DNA of 64,000 nucleotides, from assembly GCA_965203295.1 (NCBI GenBank), contig CBDBCZ010000019.1, forward strand, positions 2,592,001 to 2,656,000, read 5' to 3'. Below are positions 41,968 to 51,320 of the stretch, piece after piece; the stretch's first letter is position 1; the number at the start of each line of letters is the position of its first letter. The DNA comes from Nitrospirales bacterium. Lineage in GTDB: Bacteria > Nitrospirota > Nitrospiria > Nitrospirales > UBA8639. A program made the position numbers and the translations under genes. The notes under the pieces are model-generated. The model did no database searches. It had not been told where the DNA came from and saw nothing but the letters and a program-made list of their open reading frames with translations.

Positions 41968-42314
41968 TTGAGTCACCCCCTAAGACATGGTCCAATAGCG
42001 GATCAAGGATGTGGACATGGCGAATGAGACTTCAGATTCCATCCAACGGTGGACCGCCAAACAGCGGACGGCGTTAGTCCCCAGCATTGTGAAGGGCGAG
42101 AAGTCAGTAGCCGCTGCAGTAAGAATTCATCACGCCGCATACGTCGGAACAGAATATGTTCATTGAGCGATTTTTTCGAACCTTCAAGGAAGAATGTAAG
42201 TAGCAGCATCAGTTTCAGAATTTTTCCCAGGTGAGCGCAGCGATTGCCCAACACGGACCCACTGCATCGGGCGTTGGGCTATCAGAGCCTTAGCCAATTT
42301 GGGGGAACACTACA
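41968..42314 (+). mobile_element. Internally deleted, degenerate IS3-family element
   Basis: OrfA start IQRWTAKQR.ALV.SI.KGE.SVA joined to OrfB end EFITP.T.EQN..IERFFRTFKEEC (with stops) and H.ALGY.S; right end GGGGGAACACTACA. Confidence 0.8.
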
Positions 42315-42405
42315 TTTATGCACACGCTATGCCGTCGATGCAACAAGATGCAGCGGAAAAATTGAGCACGGTGTTTCATAGGTAGAGGTCATAAATGAGT
42401 TAATT

Positions 42406-43267
42406 TTAGAGTTGGGAAAGTGAGTCAAACCATCCTTTAATGGTCTGGCTTAGGCTTCCGATAGTTCCTGCGTTTCTGGCTAGCCATTCACCCCCACGTT
42501 TCAATAAGTTTTCCTTTTGGTCCCCTGTAATTGATGGGGTTTTCATCTCGTCCCAAAGGTTTTCTAATTCGTTTCTTTCCTTTTGCGAAACTCCCAAACG
42601 CTTGAGTTCAGGATCGATGCTTGCGTAGTCACCAATTTGAAAATTGTCGGCTATCACATTACCAGCCACACCGGTAAAATTTTGAATATTACAAGTTATA
42701 CCAGTAGCCTTTCCTTTTTCCTCATTTGAAAAAGAAAGCTCATTTCCCAGAATTCCATCTTGCTCCAATTTAAGGCTCCAATTAAGAATAGTATTTCGCA
42801 CAGCATCAACAACTCCTTTAACCCTTGCCCTATCCATAACCAGAACAGGAACAATCCCAAGTTCAAGATTTCCTTGACTTTTATCCAATTCATTCAAAAC
42901 CTCTTGGGGGAAAGGCATGATGAGGGTACTATCTGGATCGTTCTTCTCAGAAAGGAACTCCAATTCTCCTATGGATTGCTTAAGAGGCCGCCTTGAAAGC
43001 GCCCTATTTGATTCGGGATGTGTAACTGTATAAGGAATAAAGCCGAAATGAGGGTGTGTAGCTTTTAATTCTCCCTTTAGATGACGATATTGTGTAATAG
43101 TGCTTCCATCGTCGCCATGATACCCACCAAGCTCATTAGTCTATCCAATTTTTGAACTCGGATAGGTTAAGTTTTGTGGCAACCACTAGGGCCTTCCTGA
43201 GAAGATCCGAGACTTTGACGCTTGGATCTAAAGCATCCTTCTGTAGCTCCAAAACCAAAGAAGACAT
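42406..43267 (-). pseudogene. AbiTii-domain protein, frameshifted
   Basis: MSSLVLELQKDALD....SDLLRKALVVA.KL....WI.NEL.GY...YR...G...QSI.ELE; +1 shift near 43140; AT-rich. Confidence 0.8.
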
Positions 43268-43381
43268 CTATTCCACCTGAAAAAGGAGTTAGAGCCAACT
43301 AAATGTTGCCTGTTAGCTAAATGTAAGCTTTTCTGGGAAGAATATTAATATCTATTTCAAAAATAAGAAGCTAAAGAGGAG

Positions 43382-43466
43382 TGGTGCCGAAGGCGGGACT
43401 CGAACCCGCAAGGGTTTCCCCACACGCCCCTCAAACGTGCGTGTCTACCAATTCCACCACTTCGGC
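43382..43466 (-). tRNA. tRNA-Leu(GAG)
   Basis: Cloverleaf with long variable arm, anticodon loop TTGAGGG, CCA end. Confidence 0.95.
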
Positions 43467-43563
43467 ATGGGCTGGATTATAGGAATGGGTCAAAACTCTT
43501 GTCAACGAAATTGCGCTTCGTTAGAATCTTGTATCCTAAGTCCTACAATCTCACCAAGTTTAA

Positions 43564-44259
43564 ATGTCATCTTCACCCCTATTCAACCAATCCACCTGCG
43601 ATTCTCGGGCCATGATCGGGGCTTTTTTCGACGTTGACAATACTCTGATCCCTGGACAAGCCATAGAGATTCGCTTTGTTCGGTATCTTTGGAATGAAGG
43701 CTTTTTATCAAAACATGCAATCATAAGCAGTGCTTGGTATTTATTCCGGAATATTCTTTCTTTTTCTCTGGCCCCCCTACGTGAGCACAAAATCTACCTT
43801 ATTGGGAAAAGGCCGGAAGGGATTGAATCTTTAGCGAAGTGGTTTGTTCGTTCAGAAATCCTTCCCAGGCTTTCCTTGAACGGCAACACGGCTCTCACCC
43901 GACATCAGCAATCCGGACATCAGGTCACGTTAGTCAGTGGGTCACCTGATTTCTTGGTCAAGCCTCTCGCTCACTTTTTAGGGATCCCCAACGTGCTAGC
44001 GGCACGGCTTGAGACAACGATGGATGGGTACACGGGCCGCGTTCTGTCTCCCTATCCATATGGCGAGGGGAAGCGGCGCCTGCTTCAGGCGTTTGCAGAG
44101 GAGCACAGCCTGGATCTTTCCAAGAGTTATGCATACGGTGATAGTCCTGGAGATGTCGAAGTTCTCCAATCGGTAGGACACCCCCTTGTCGTGAACCCCA
44201 TCCGGGGCATGAGCCGAATTGCCCGACGCCATCGATGGCCGACTGCGATATGGGCTTAA
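43564..44259 (+). CDS. HAD-IB family hydrolase
   Basis: FFDVDNTL, LVSGS, GEGK, YAYGDSPGD, VVNP. Confidence 0.9.
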   Translation: MSSSPLFNQSTCDSRAMIGAFFDVDNTLIPGQAIEIRFVRYLWNEGFLSKHAIISSAWYLFRNILSFSLAPLREHKIYLIGKRPEGIESLAKWFVRSEILPRLSLNGNTALTRHQQSGHQVTLVSGSPDFLVKPLAHFLGIPNVLAARLETTMDGYTGRVLSPYPYGEGKRRLLQAFAEEHSLDLSKSYAYGDSPGDVEVLQSVGHPLVVNPIRGMSRIARRHRWPTAIWA

Positions 44260-44969
44260 ATGAAGCGAGGGGATATGGACCATTTTCTCTATCTGGCGAC
44301 CCCCTTCAAGTGAATTCCTCCTCACCTATCGTTCTCCTGGTGACAGAGATCTTTCATAGCATTCAGGGTGAGTCCACGTTTGCTGGTGACCCCTGTGTGT
44401 TTGTCCGGCTGACTGGCTGTCCCTTACGATGTTCCTGGTGCGACACTGAGTATGCGTTTTACGGTGGGAGGGAGATGGGCCTAGACCAAATTATGAGTCA
44501 GGTTCGAAGTTATGATTGTCCCTTGGTCGAAATAACTGGCGGGGAACCTCTTCATCAGACAGGAGTGATTCCCTTGATTGCGGATTTGTGCCAGGAGAGA
44601 TTTAAGGTGTTAATTGAAACGAGCGGGGCCATTGATATCTCGTCTGTGGATTCCAAGGCACAGATTATTCTTGATGTCAAATGCCCGGGAAGTGGAATGA
44701 TGAACCTTATGGATTGGTCCAATTTGAATCGACTGACAAGAAAAGATCAGGTAAAGTTTGTGATCAAAGATCGGGATGATTATGTCTGGGCCGTGAATGT
44801 GATAAGAACCTATCAACTGACTGACCGCTGTCCAGTCTTGTTTAGCCCGGTATTTGGACAATTAGAATCCAGGGATTTGGCTGAATGGGTTCTTACAGAT
44901 CGACTGCCAGTACGCGTGCAACTCCAATTACACAAACTGATCTGGGATCCTGAGACTCGAGGCGTGTAG
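44235..44969 (+). CDS. queE: 7-carboxy-7-deazaguanine synthase (radical SAM)
   Basis: EIFHSIQGE, GCPLRCSWCDT, ITGGEP, QLHK; start uncertain. Confidence 0.92.
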   Translation: MADCDMGLNEARGYGPFSLSGDPLQVNSSSPIVLLVTEIFHSIQGESTFAGDPCVFVRLTGCPLRCSWCDTEYAFYGGREMGLDQIMSQVRSYDCPLVEITGGEPLHQTGVIPLIADLCQERFKVLIETSGAIDISSVDSKAQIILDVKCPGSGMMNLMDWSNLNRLTRKDQVKFVIKDRDDYVWAVNVIRTYQLTDRCPVLFSPVFGQLESRDLAEWVLTDRLPVRVQLQLHKLIWDPETRGV

Positions 44970-45130
44970 CATACCATCACTTACGTGACGAACCGAATGC
45001 TCACATTTTTACAGGGCCTTTTTGAACAGGCCCCTGGCTTGTGATGATCCATGCAATTGGTAAGGTGGGATTGGCGCTCTATAATTTTTGAGTTATTCAA
45101 CAGTCCCTTACGGGAAGGATAGGGAGACGA

Positions 45131-46633
45131 ATGAAAGTTAAAGTCAAGCAAGGAGGCATGGCCGGAGAGTCTGCTGAAGTATTGGTATTGGACGGATATG
45201 AAGATGAGTCGGCACTTGAGAAACATATGGAAACCTTGGACCGATCATTAAATGGTCAACTACGGGAGTTGCGAAAGAGTGGGGAATTTGGAGGTAAACT
45301 CAACCAAACGGTCCTCCTCCATACTCGTGGGGCGATTCCCCCTAAGCGAATCCTTCTTGTGGGGCTTGGTAAACGAAAGGAGCTGACACTGGATCGTGTG
45401 CGTCAGGCCTTGGGAATAGTGGCTAAACGAGTTCGACAGGCAAATGCGAAGTCCTTCACGGCTCCAGTGGTTGGGATCGATGGTGCGAGATTGTCCATTT
45501 CAGATCTGGCGCAATCCATGGTGGAAGGAGCCGTGTTAGGCGGATATCGCTTTTCGGAATATCGAACCGACAATGACGAGAAGTCAAAGGCCCTTGAGTC
45601 CATAACACTGGTCTCTTCCAAGGCCGCGCACTTGTTGGATATCAAGGTTGGTGTTGGTCGAGGACAGGTGAGTGGCGAGGCTTCAGCTTTTGTCAGGGAT
45701 TTATGCAACCATCCTGCCAATATGATGACTCCCTCCCGTGTGGTGGAAGAGGCAAAGAAGATTGCGAAAGAACCGGGCGTGAAACTCACTGTCTTGGATC
45801 GTAGACAACAAGAGAAATTGGGAATGGGAGGGTTGTTGGGAGTATCCCGGGGAAGCCAGGAACCTGGGAGATTTATCATTTTACATTACTCGGGCGGGAG
45901 CAAAAGGGATCGTCCTATCGTTTTTGTCGGTAAAACAGTGACCTTTGATTCTGGAGGCATATCCTTAAAGCCTTCGGAAAATATGGAGCAAATGAAAGCT
46001 GACATGACTGGTGGAGCCGAGGTCTTAGCCGTGATCCGTGCGGCTGCGCGGTTGCGGCTTCCGTTGAATGTGATAGGCATTCTTCCTGCAACAGAAAATA
46101 TGCCAGGTGGTCGAGCCATGAAGCCAGGAGATGTTCTGACAATGCTGTCCGGAAAAACGGTGGAAGTCCAAAACACAGATGCCGAGGGACGTTTGATTTT
46201 GGCTGATGGACTCGCCTATGCCACACGGTTGAAGCCAACCTGCATCATTGATGTGGCAACCTTGACTGGTGCCTGCATGGTGGCTCTCGGCCAACATGCG
46301 ATTGGGATGTTAGGAAATCATGAGTCGTTAAAAGATCAAGTAAAAAAGGCGGGGGAGCAGTCAGGAGAACGAGTTTGGGAGATGCCGTTGTGGGATGAAT
46401 ATTTTGAACAGCTGAAGAGCGATGTCGCCGATATGCGGAACATCGGTGGCCGTGGAGGTGGAATGATCATCGCCGCGATGTTTCTCAGCAAATTTGTGGG
46501 GGATTATCCCTGGGTGCATTTGGATATTGCCAGTACGGATTGGAGTGCTTCCGAGCGTCCCTACATTGGTAAGGGCCCAACAGGAATTGGGGCACGGCTC
46601 CTCATCCAATACCTTCTTAATCAGACGAACTAA
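45131..46633 (+). CDS. pepA: Leucyl aminopeptidase (M17)
   Basis: GKTVTFDSGG, MKADM.G, NTDAEGRL, ATLTGA, HLDIA. Confidence 0.96.
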   Translation: MKVKVKQGGMAGESAEVLVLDGYEDESALEKHMETLDRSLNGQLRELRKSGEFGGKLNQTVLLHTRGAIPPKRILLVGLGKRKELTLDRVRQALGIVAKRVRQANAKSFTAPVVGIDGARLSISDLAQSMVEGAVLGGYRFSEYRTDNDEKSKALESITLVSSKAAHLLDIKVGVGRGQVSGEASAFVRDLCNHPANMMTPSRVVEEAKKIAKEPGVKLTVLDRRQQEKLGMGGLLGVSRGSQEPGRFIILHYSGGSKRDRPIVFVGKTVTFDSGGISLKPSENMEQMKADMTGGAEVLAVIRAAARLRLPLNVIGILPATENMPGGRAMKPGDVLTMLSGKTVEVQNTDAEGRLILADGLAYATRLKPTCIIDVATLTGACMVALGQHAIGMLGNHESLKDQVKKAGEQSGERVWEMPLWDEYFEQLKSDVADMRNIGGRGGGMIIAAMFLSKFVGDYPWVHLDIASTDWSASERPYIGKGPTGIGARLLIQYLLNQTN

Positions 46634-46651
46634 CTCTCTCGAGGTCGAAAG

Positions 46652-47743
46652 ATGACGCTTCGGGATAAGGTCGGTCAACTCGTCATGGTCGGCTTTGCTG
46701 GAGCTGACCTCTCTCCGGATTTCATCTCATGGCTTCAAGAATTTCGACCTGGCGGGGTGATCCTCTTTGCGCGAAATTTGGTTGACCCCTCCCAAGTCGC
46801 CCAATTGACCTGCACGCTTCAAGAAGTTACGCCTCATTCACCAATCCTTATTGCCATCGATCAAGAAGGAGGACGTGTCTCTCGTCTTCCACATGGGTTT
46901 ACGATTTTTCCTCCCGCTGCCACCATTGCGGCCTGTCAGTCCTCCACGCTGGCCTACCAAGTTGCAGAGGCCACCGCAAGGGAACTTCATGCTGTTGGTA
47001 TCAATATGAATATGGCGCCGGTATTAGATGTGAATACCAACCCAAACAATCCCATTATCGGGGATCGAGCATTCGGAAGTGACCCGAAAATGGTTTGCGA
47101 TCTTGGGAGAGCAACCCTGAAGGGGTTACAAGATCACGGCATTGTGGCTTGCGGAAAACATTTTCCTGGTCACGGGGATACGTCGACTGATTCTCATGTG
47201 GAATTGCCGATCATGGATCTCCCCAAAGAGCGACTCAACCGTGTCGAGCTTGCTCCATTTCGATATGGCATTCAACATGGCCTCGCCACGATGATGACTG
47301 CACATGTGTGCTATCCCTCATTTGACCCTGAAGTGCCAGCTACCCTTTCTCCAGTCATTCTGACGACCTTGCTTCGTGAAGAACTAAAGTTTTCCGGCCT
47401 TGTGCTCACCGATGATTTAGAGATGCAAGGCATTCTTAATCATTGTTCAATAGGGGAAGACGCGGTACGAGCTATCCAGGCGGGAGCGGATATGCTGCTC
47501 ATTTGTCATCGGCAAGACCGACAAGCGGAAGCCATTATGGCTGTGGAAAAAGCCGTTGTTGATGGACACATTGCAATGGAGAGAATCGATGCCAACCTGG
47601 AACGGCTTTCCATGGTAAAAAAGAGATTTATCACTTCAAGGCCCAGAGTCGAGTTGAACCGTATCTCGGAAGTAGTCGGAGCTCCCGCTCACCGACAATT
47701 GTCAAAATCCATCTCACAAACCTCCACTACGACTCAGCCATAA
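46652..47743 (+). CDS. nagZ: Beta-N-acetylhexosaminidase (GH3)
   Basis: DQEGGRV, KHFPGHG...DSH, MTAH, TDDLEM. Confidence 0.95.
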   Translation: MTLRDKVGQLVMVGFAGADLSPDFISWLQEFRPGGVILFARNLVDPSQVAQLTCTLQEVTPHSPILIAIDQEGGRVSRLPHGFTIFPPAATIAACQSSTLAYQVAEATARELHAVGINMNMAPVLDVNTNPNNPIIGDRAFGSDPKMVCDLGRATLKGLQDHGIVACGKHFPGHGDTSTDSHVELPIMDLPKERLNRVELAPFRYGIQHGLATMMTAHVCYPSFDPEVPATLSPVILTTLLREELKFSGLVLTDDLEMQGILNHCSIGEDAVRAIQAGADMLLICHRQDRQAEAIMAVEKAVVDGHIAMERIDANLERLSMVKKRFITSRPRVELNRISEVVGAPAHRQLSKSISQTSTTTQP

Positions 47744-47968
47744 CGATCTTTGAAGATCTCCTTTTTGCTATATACATAAAAGTAGACTTTTCTCTTGATG
47801 ATTTGTTTAGCTACGCAGAAAGGAATTCCACTTTTTTTCGTCGTAGACTGATGCTTCTGGAAGGATACGAAATCAAAAAAATCCCACATCACGGCTGGGG
47901 GGTGAGGGGCTCAGGTCATGAAGAGAATCGAATGTTGTCGATCGGTGTTGTAAACCAGGGAGGAGAGA

Positions 47969-48355
47969 ATGGGAGTCAAGAAAGGGGACATCATTGATGA
48001 GCACAAACGCTTTCCCAATGATTGTGGTTTGGTTGTAAAAATGATGGCTGGTGGTGAAGGGTTCAAGAAAATTATCTGCTGTGACCATGAACTTACCGAA
48101 GAGGATGTGGTTCCGACCCTCGAACGAAAAAAAGGTCGGAAAAAAGGCCATCTTCCTGTAGGGATCATTTTAGATGAAAAAAAACTTTTCCCAGATTCTT
48201 GTGGTCTTCGTGTCATGATCATGGACGGGGGAGCTGGGTTCAAGGAAGTCGTGTGTTGTGGAAATTCGATTACCATCAATGCCATGCGAGATTTTCAATA
48301 CGGTCACGTAAGACAAGGGCCACCACAGGTGCCAGGCCCTTCAGGTCATGCGTAA
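47969..48355 (+). CDS. Protein with two tandem desulforedoxin-like repeats
   Basis: SD GGAGG; two ~40-aa repeats G.I.DE.K.FP..CGL.V..M.GG.GFK...CC. Confidence 0.75.
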   Translation: MGVKKGDIIDEHKRFPNDCGLVVKMMAGGEGFKKIICCDHELTEEDVVPTLERKKGRKKGHLPVGIILDEKKLFPDSCGLRVMIMDGGAGFKEVVCCGNSITINAMRDFQYGHVRQGPPQVPGPSGHA

Positions 48356-48525
48356 TAGGCTGTTGAAAAAGTCCGCCAGCGGCGTCCTCGTTGCTCATAG
48401 GCCTCAACGTACCTCACTCACTGTACGCCTCGGCCTCCTCGCTGCCTGCGGTCTTGCTGGACCTGGCTCAGCCAAAGCGAAACTTCGGCTTCGCGCAGGC
48501 GAGCGGGCCTTTTTGAACAGCCTAT
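48355..48525. mobile_element. MITE-like non-autonomous repeat, copy B (opposite orientation to copy A)
   Basis: IRs ATAGGCTGTT(G/C)AAAAAG; reverse complement aligns with 24713-24907. Confidence 0.8.
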
Positions 48526-48704
48526 CATTGTTTGTAGTACGTTTTACCATTCTTATAACCAAGTGATGATCTTGAAATTTTGAGTTTTAAACACCTGCGT
48601 AAATGAACAAACCACAAAAGTCCTTGGATCTGTGTATTCCGCCTCATGAGCGAGCTTGCGTCCGATAAATAGGGTGTGGCACTATTGTTCTCCTTTAATG
48701 AACG

Positions 48705-49121
48705 ATGACTGCACTTCCTGAATTCGTTGGCACGATTCATATTTATTTGGGGCCCTATCGGGGGAACCCCATTGCCCTTTATTTACGCCAAGACTCCAAC
48801 GCCTGCTGCATTTCTCCTTCTGTCTATCCCTGGAGCCAAATTGTTGGAACCGGAGAAACGGTCAATAAAGCTGCGGCCGACTTTGATGAAAAATGGAAGC
48901 AGGGAGGGCTCAGCCTAGACATGTATAGTGGACCCCATTGGGAAGGCGGCATAAAACCCGAAAAGCCCAAGCCACCCCCCAAACCTGCTCCACCTGCGAA
49001 GACAGAAGCCGCATCTGATAGTCCTCCTTCCACACCTCCCAAGCCTGAAGATGATATCCCATCTTCTGAGAAACCTCAGGCTGATCAACCAACTCCTACA
49101 AGCACGACAAAACCAGACTAG
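48705..49121 (+). CDS. Hypothetical protein with Pro-rich C-terminal tail
   Basis: Globular N-terminal ~80 aa followed by a P/K/S/T-rich tail. Confidence 0.65.
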   Translation: MTALPEFVGTIHIYLGPYRGNPIALYLRQDSNACCISPSVYPWSQIVGTGETVNKAAADFDEKWKQGGLSLDMYSGPHWEGGIKPEKPKPPPKPAPPAKTEAASDSPPSTPPKPEDDIPSSEKPQADQPTPTSTTKPD

Positions 49122-49221
49122 TCTGTTCGGAAAGTCCCTAAAAGCTAGTTATATAGGGAAAAAGTTATTAGGGGTCTTGCCGAGAATTAGATCCTGGCAG
49201 ATGGAATTTTACGACAGACTG

Positions 49222-49974
49222 CTAAGGATTACGGCCTTGGGCGTACCGTTTCGCTGCGTTGACAAGTGCGGAGAAAAGCCGACGTTGGACGGGATCATGT
49301 TCGTACATGAATTCTGGATGCCACTGAACTCCAAGAAAGAAGTCGTGAGAAGGAGCTTCCACGGCTTCGATGACCCCATCGGGAGATGTTGCTGTCTGAA
49401 CCAATGATGAAGCGACTCGTTTAATAGATTGGTGATGGGAACTATTGACCTGAATTGTTGCTCGTCTGGTGATTCGACGAAGCAAACTCTTAGGGGTAGT
49501 GGAAATCGGATGGGCTGGTTTGGTGGCTGAAAATGAGGGTTGATGCAAGATGGTTGTGCGGAATTGGGAAGCAATATCTTGTATCATGGTTCCTCCCAAA
49601 GCCACATTCAGTGATTGCATGCCTCCGCATATCCCCAGAGTGGGGATGCGGGTGTGATAAGCCAGTTTGGTGATTTGTAATTCCAGGGCACTGCGTTGAC
49701 GACTCATCCGTCGGAATTTATAGCGTTGCCGTTCTCCATAGAGTTCCGGGGCCAGGTCAGATCCTGAACCGGATAAAACCAACCCATCCAATGTGGTCAG
49801 GAGGGACCTGAGCTTCTCGCGCTCGGTCAGTAAAGGGAGGATGAGAGGAATACCCCCGGCTTGTTCGATTGGAGATAAGTAACGAGCCCGAAGGAAATAC
49901 ATCGGCTCCTGGCCTCCCATGTCCTCCCGGTCACCAACATTGAAATCCGGGGTGACACCAATAATAGGTCTCAT
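49222..49974 (-). CDS. Gamma-glutamyl-gamma-aminobutyrate hydrolase family (peptidase C26, PuuD-like)
   Basis: PIIGV, GICGGMQ, NSSHHQ, GVQWHPE. Confidence 0.92.
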   Translation of the reverse strand: MRPIIGVTPDFNVGDREDMGGQEPMYFLRARYLSPIEQAGGIPLILPLLTEREKLRSLLTTLDGLVLSGSGSDLAPELYGERQRYKFRRMSRQRSALELQITKLAYHTRIPTLGICGGMQSLNVALGGTMIQDIASQFRTTILHQPSFSATKPAHPISTTPKSLLRRITRRATIQVNSSHHQSIKRVASSLVQTATSPDGVIEAVEAPSHDFFLGVQWHPEFMYEHDPVQRRLFSALVNAAKRYAQGRNP

Positions 49975-50010
49975 CGGTAGGCACGAGGAACAACTTTCAG
50001 GGAAGATCGA

Positions 50011-50409
50011 TTACTCACTATAGGTTTCTTCATACGTTGAAGTGCCAATAAACCTCACTGGTTCATTCCCCTTGAAATGATCGGGGGTAATGACATACGT
50101 TCCCTGAACGCTTGGTTCCCAAACTGAATTCGCAACCTCAGTATTTCCCCCAGTGAGTGCCCAGCCGAGTCCCCCAACAGTACCTCCAACGACAGCGTAC
50201 GCAACCTTGAGGGGCAGATACACAAGCGTTGAAACGCCACTGGCGAATCCAAGACCAGCCTCCTGGAGTTCGGTATATTCTTCGCCCTCATCAGCAAGGG
50301 CTAATGAACTGACGAAGAGGGTTGGCGCCAAAAAGACTAAAGCCAAAAGCATGATCACAACAATTTTCCCAAATCCTGTGTGTAACGCGTTTCGGAAGAT
50401 GTGAATCAT
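50011..50409 (-). CDS. Exported/membrane hypothetical protein
   Basis: Signal peptide plus Gly-rich hydrophobic hairpin (Y.P.K..YA..G...GG....LTGG). Confidence 0.7.
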   Translation of the reverse strand: MIHIFRNALHTGFGKIVVIMLLALVFLAPTLFVSSLALADEGEEYTELQEAGLGFASGVSTLVYLPLKVAYAVVGGTVGGLGWALTGGNTEVANSVWEPSVQGTYVITPDHFKGNEPVRFIGTSTYEETYSE

Positions 50410-50576
50410 TGTTCGTTCCTCCTCATACGAAGGGGTTCAGATTTGTGATGCATGAAACATTGGTCTTGAGAGAAGTTGATGTAACATTCATGCATGCAAG
50501 TTTTGCTCTAGATAGGTGTTTTATTCTATTTACCCTATTCCGCGATTTCTTGCAAATGATTTATAGCCATAAACAT

Positions 50577-51095
50577 CTAACCCTGCTCTTGCCAACCTTC
50601 ACATGAATCAAGATCTAATTCATTCAATATTTGAGCTTTGACTTCTTCCACCTTTTCCTTTATCTCCTGCTCTAATGCCAAAGCGAATTCGTCACTTTGG
50701 ATGCAGCTATTTTCTTGTTGAATACCTTGCGCTAAGGCCAATTGTAATTTCACTTGGCAAATTCGTTGAACGAGGATATCTTCTGCTAAAGATGAGTAAT
50801 GAACCCGATCGGACTCTGGAATTTGGTTGAGCAATTCCGTGAGCCATTCACGAAATTCTAGTATCGTCTGAACTTTGATGAATTGTACGTCATCAAGTTC
50901 GACGAGGACTTGTATGCCTCCTTTCCAACTCCGTTTCTTTACATTAAATACGCAGGATTGTATCGAAGGGGCGTCTTCTTTCCTTTCGGGTCCATAGAAT
51001 AATGTGAACCGGAATTGGGGAATTTGGGGAAAATGAGACCGTGGCATGTGTCGAGTATTGTACCATGAGAACCAAAGTGAACATACACTTGGCAA
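50577..51095 (-). CDS. Conserved hypothetical protein
   Basis: Protein-like ORF (FTLFYGPE, FNVKKRSWKGG); real start probably the MPRS ATG. Confidence 0.65.
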   Translation of the reverse strand: MPSVCSLWFSWYNTRHMPRSHFPQIPQFRFTLFYGPERKEDAPSIQSCVFNVKKRSWKGGIQVLVELDDVQFIKVQTILEFREWLTELLNQIPESDRVHYSSLAEDILVQRICQVKLQLALAQGIQQENSCIQSDEFALALEQEIKEKVEEVKAQILNELDLDSCEGWQEQG

Positions 51096-51225
51096 AAGGT
51101 TTATACAGGTCCTTAATTATAGGTCTCACCTTCGCCAACCTTCAACACCATCGCAGCCCATCAGTTACGCTGGCAGGTTGTCATTTGGCACAACCCCATG
51201 AGCATTTGGCCTCCTACGATCCTGG

Positions 51226-51255
51226 TTGACATTGAGAGGGCCAGGTGGATACAGT
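51226..51255 (+). promoter_or_regulatory. Putative sigma70 promoter of tatA
   Basis: TTGACA-18 nt-TACAGT. Confidence 0.4.
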
Positions 51256-51320
51256 GGTTTTATTCATGAGCCTTAGAGGAGCAGGAACGTCCATGTGGTG
51301 TTTCAAGTGAGAGAATTTTC

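Noticed and set aside
42003..42254. 83-aa minus-strand ORF
   Set aside because: It is the antisense shadow of the IS3 OrfB remnant
48348..48566. 72-aa ORF MRNRLLKKSASG
   Set aside because: It is a translation of repeat copy B
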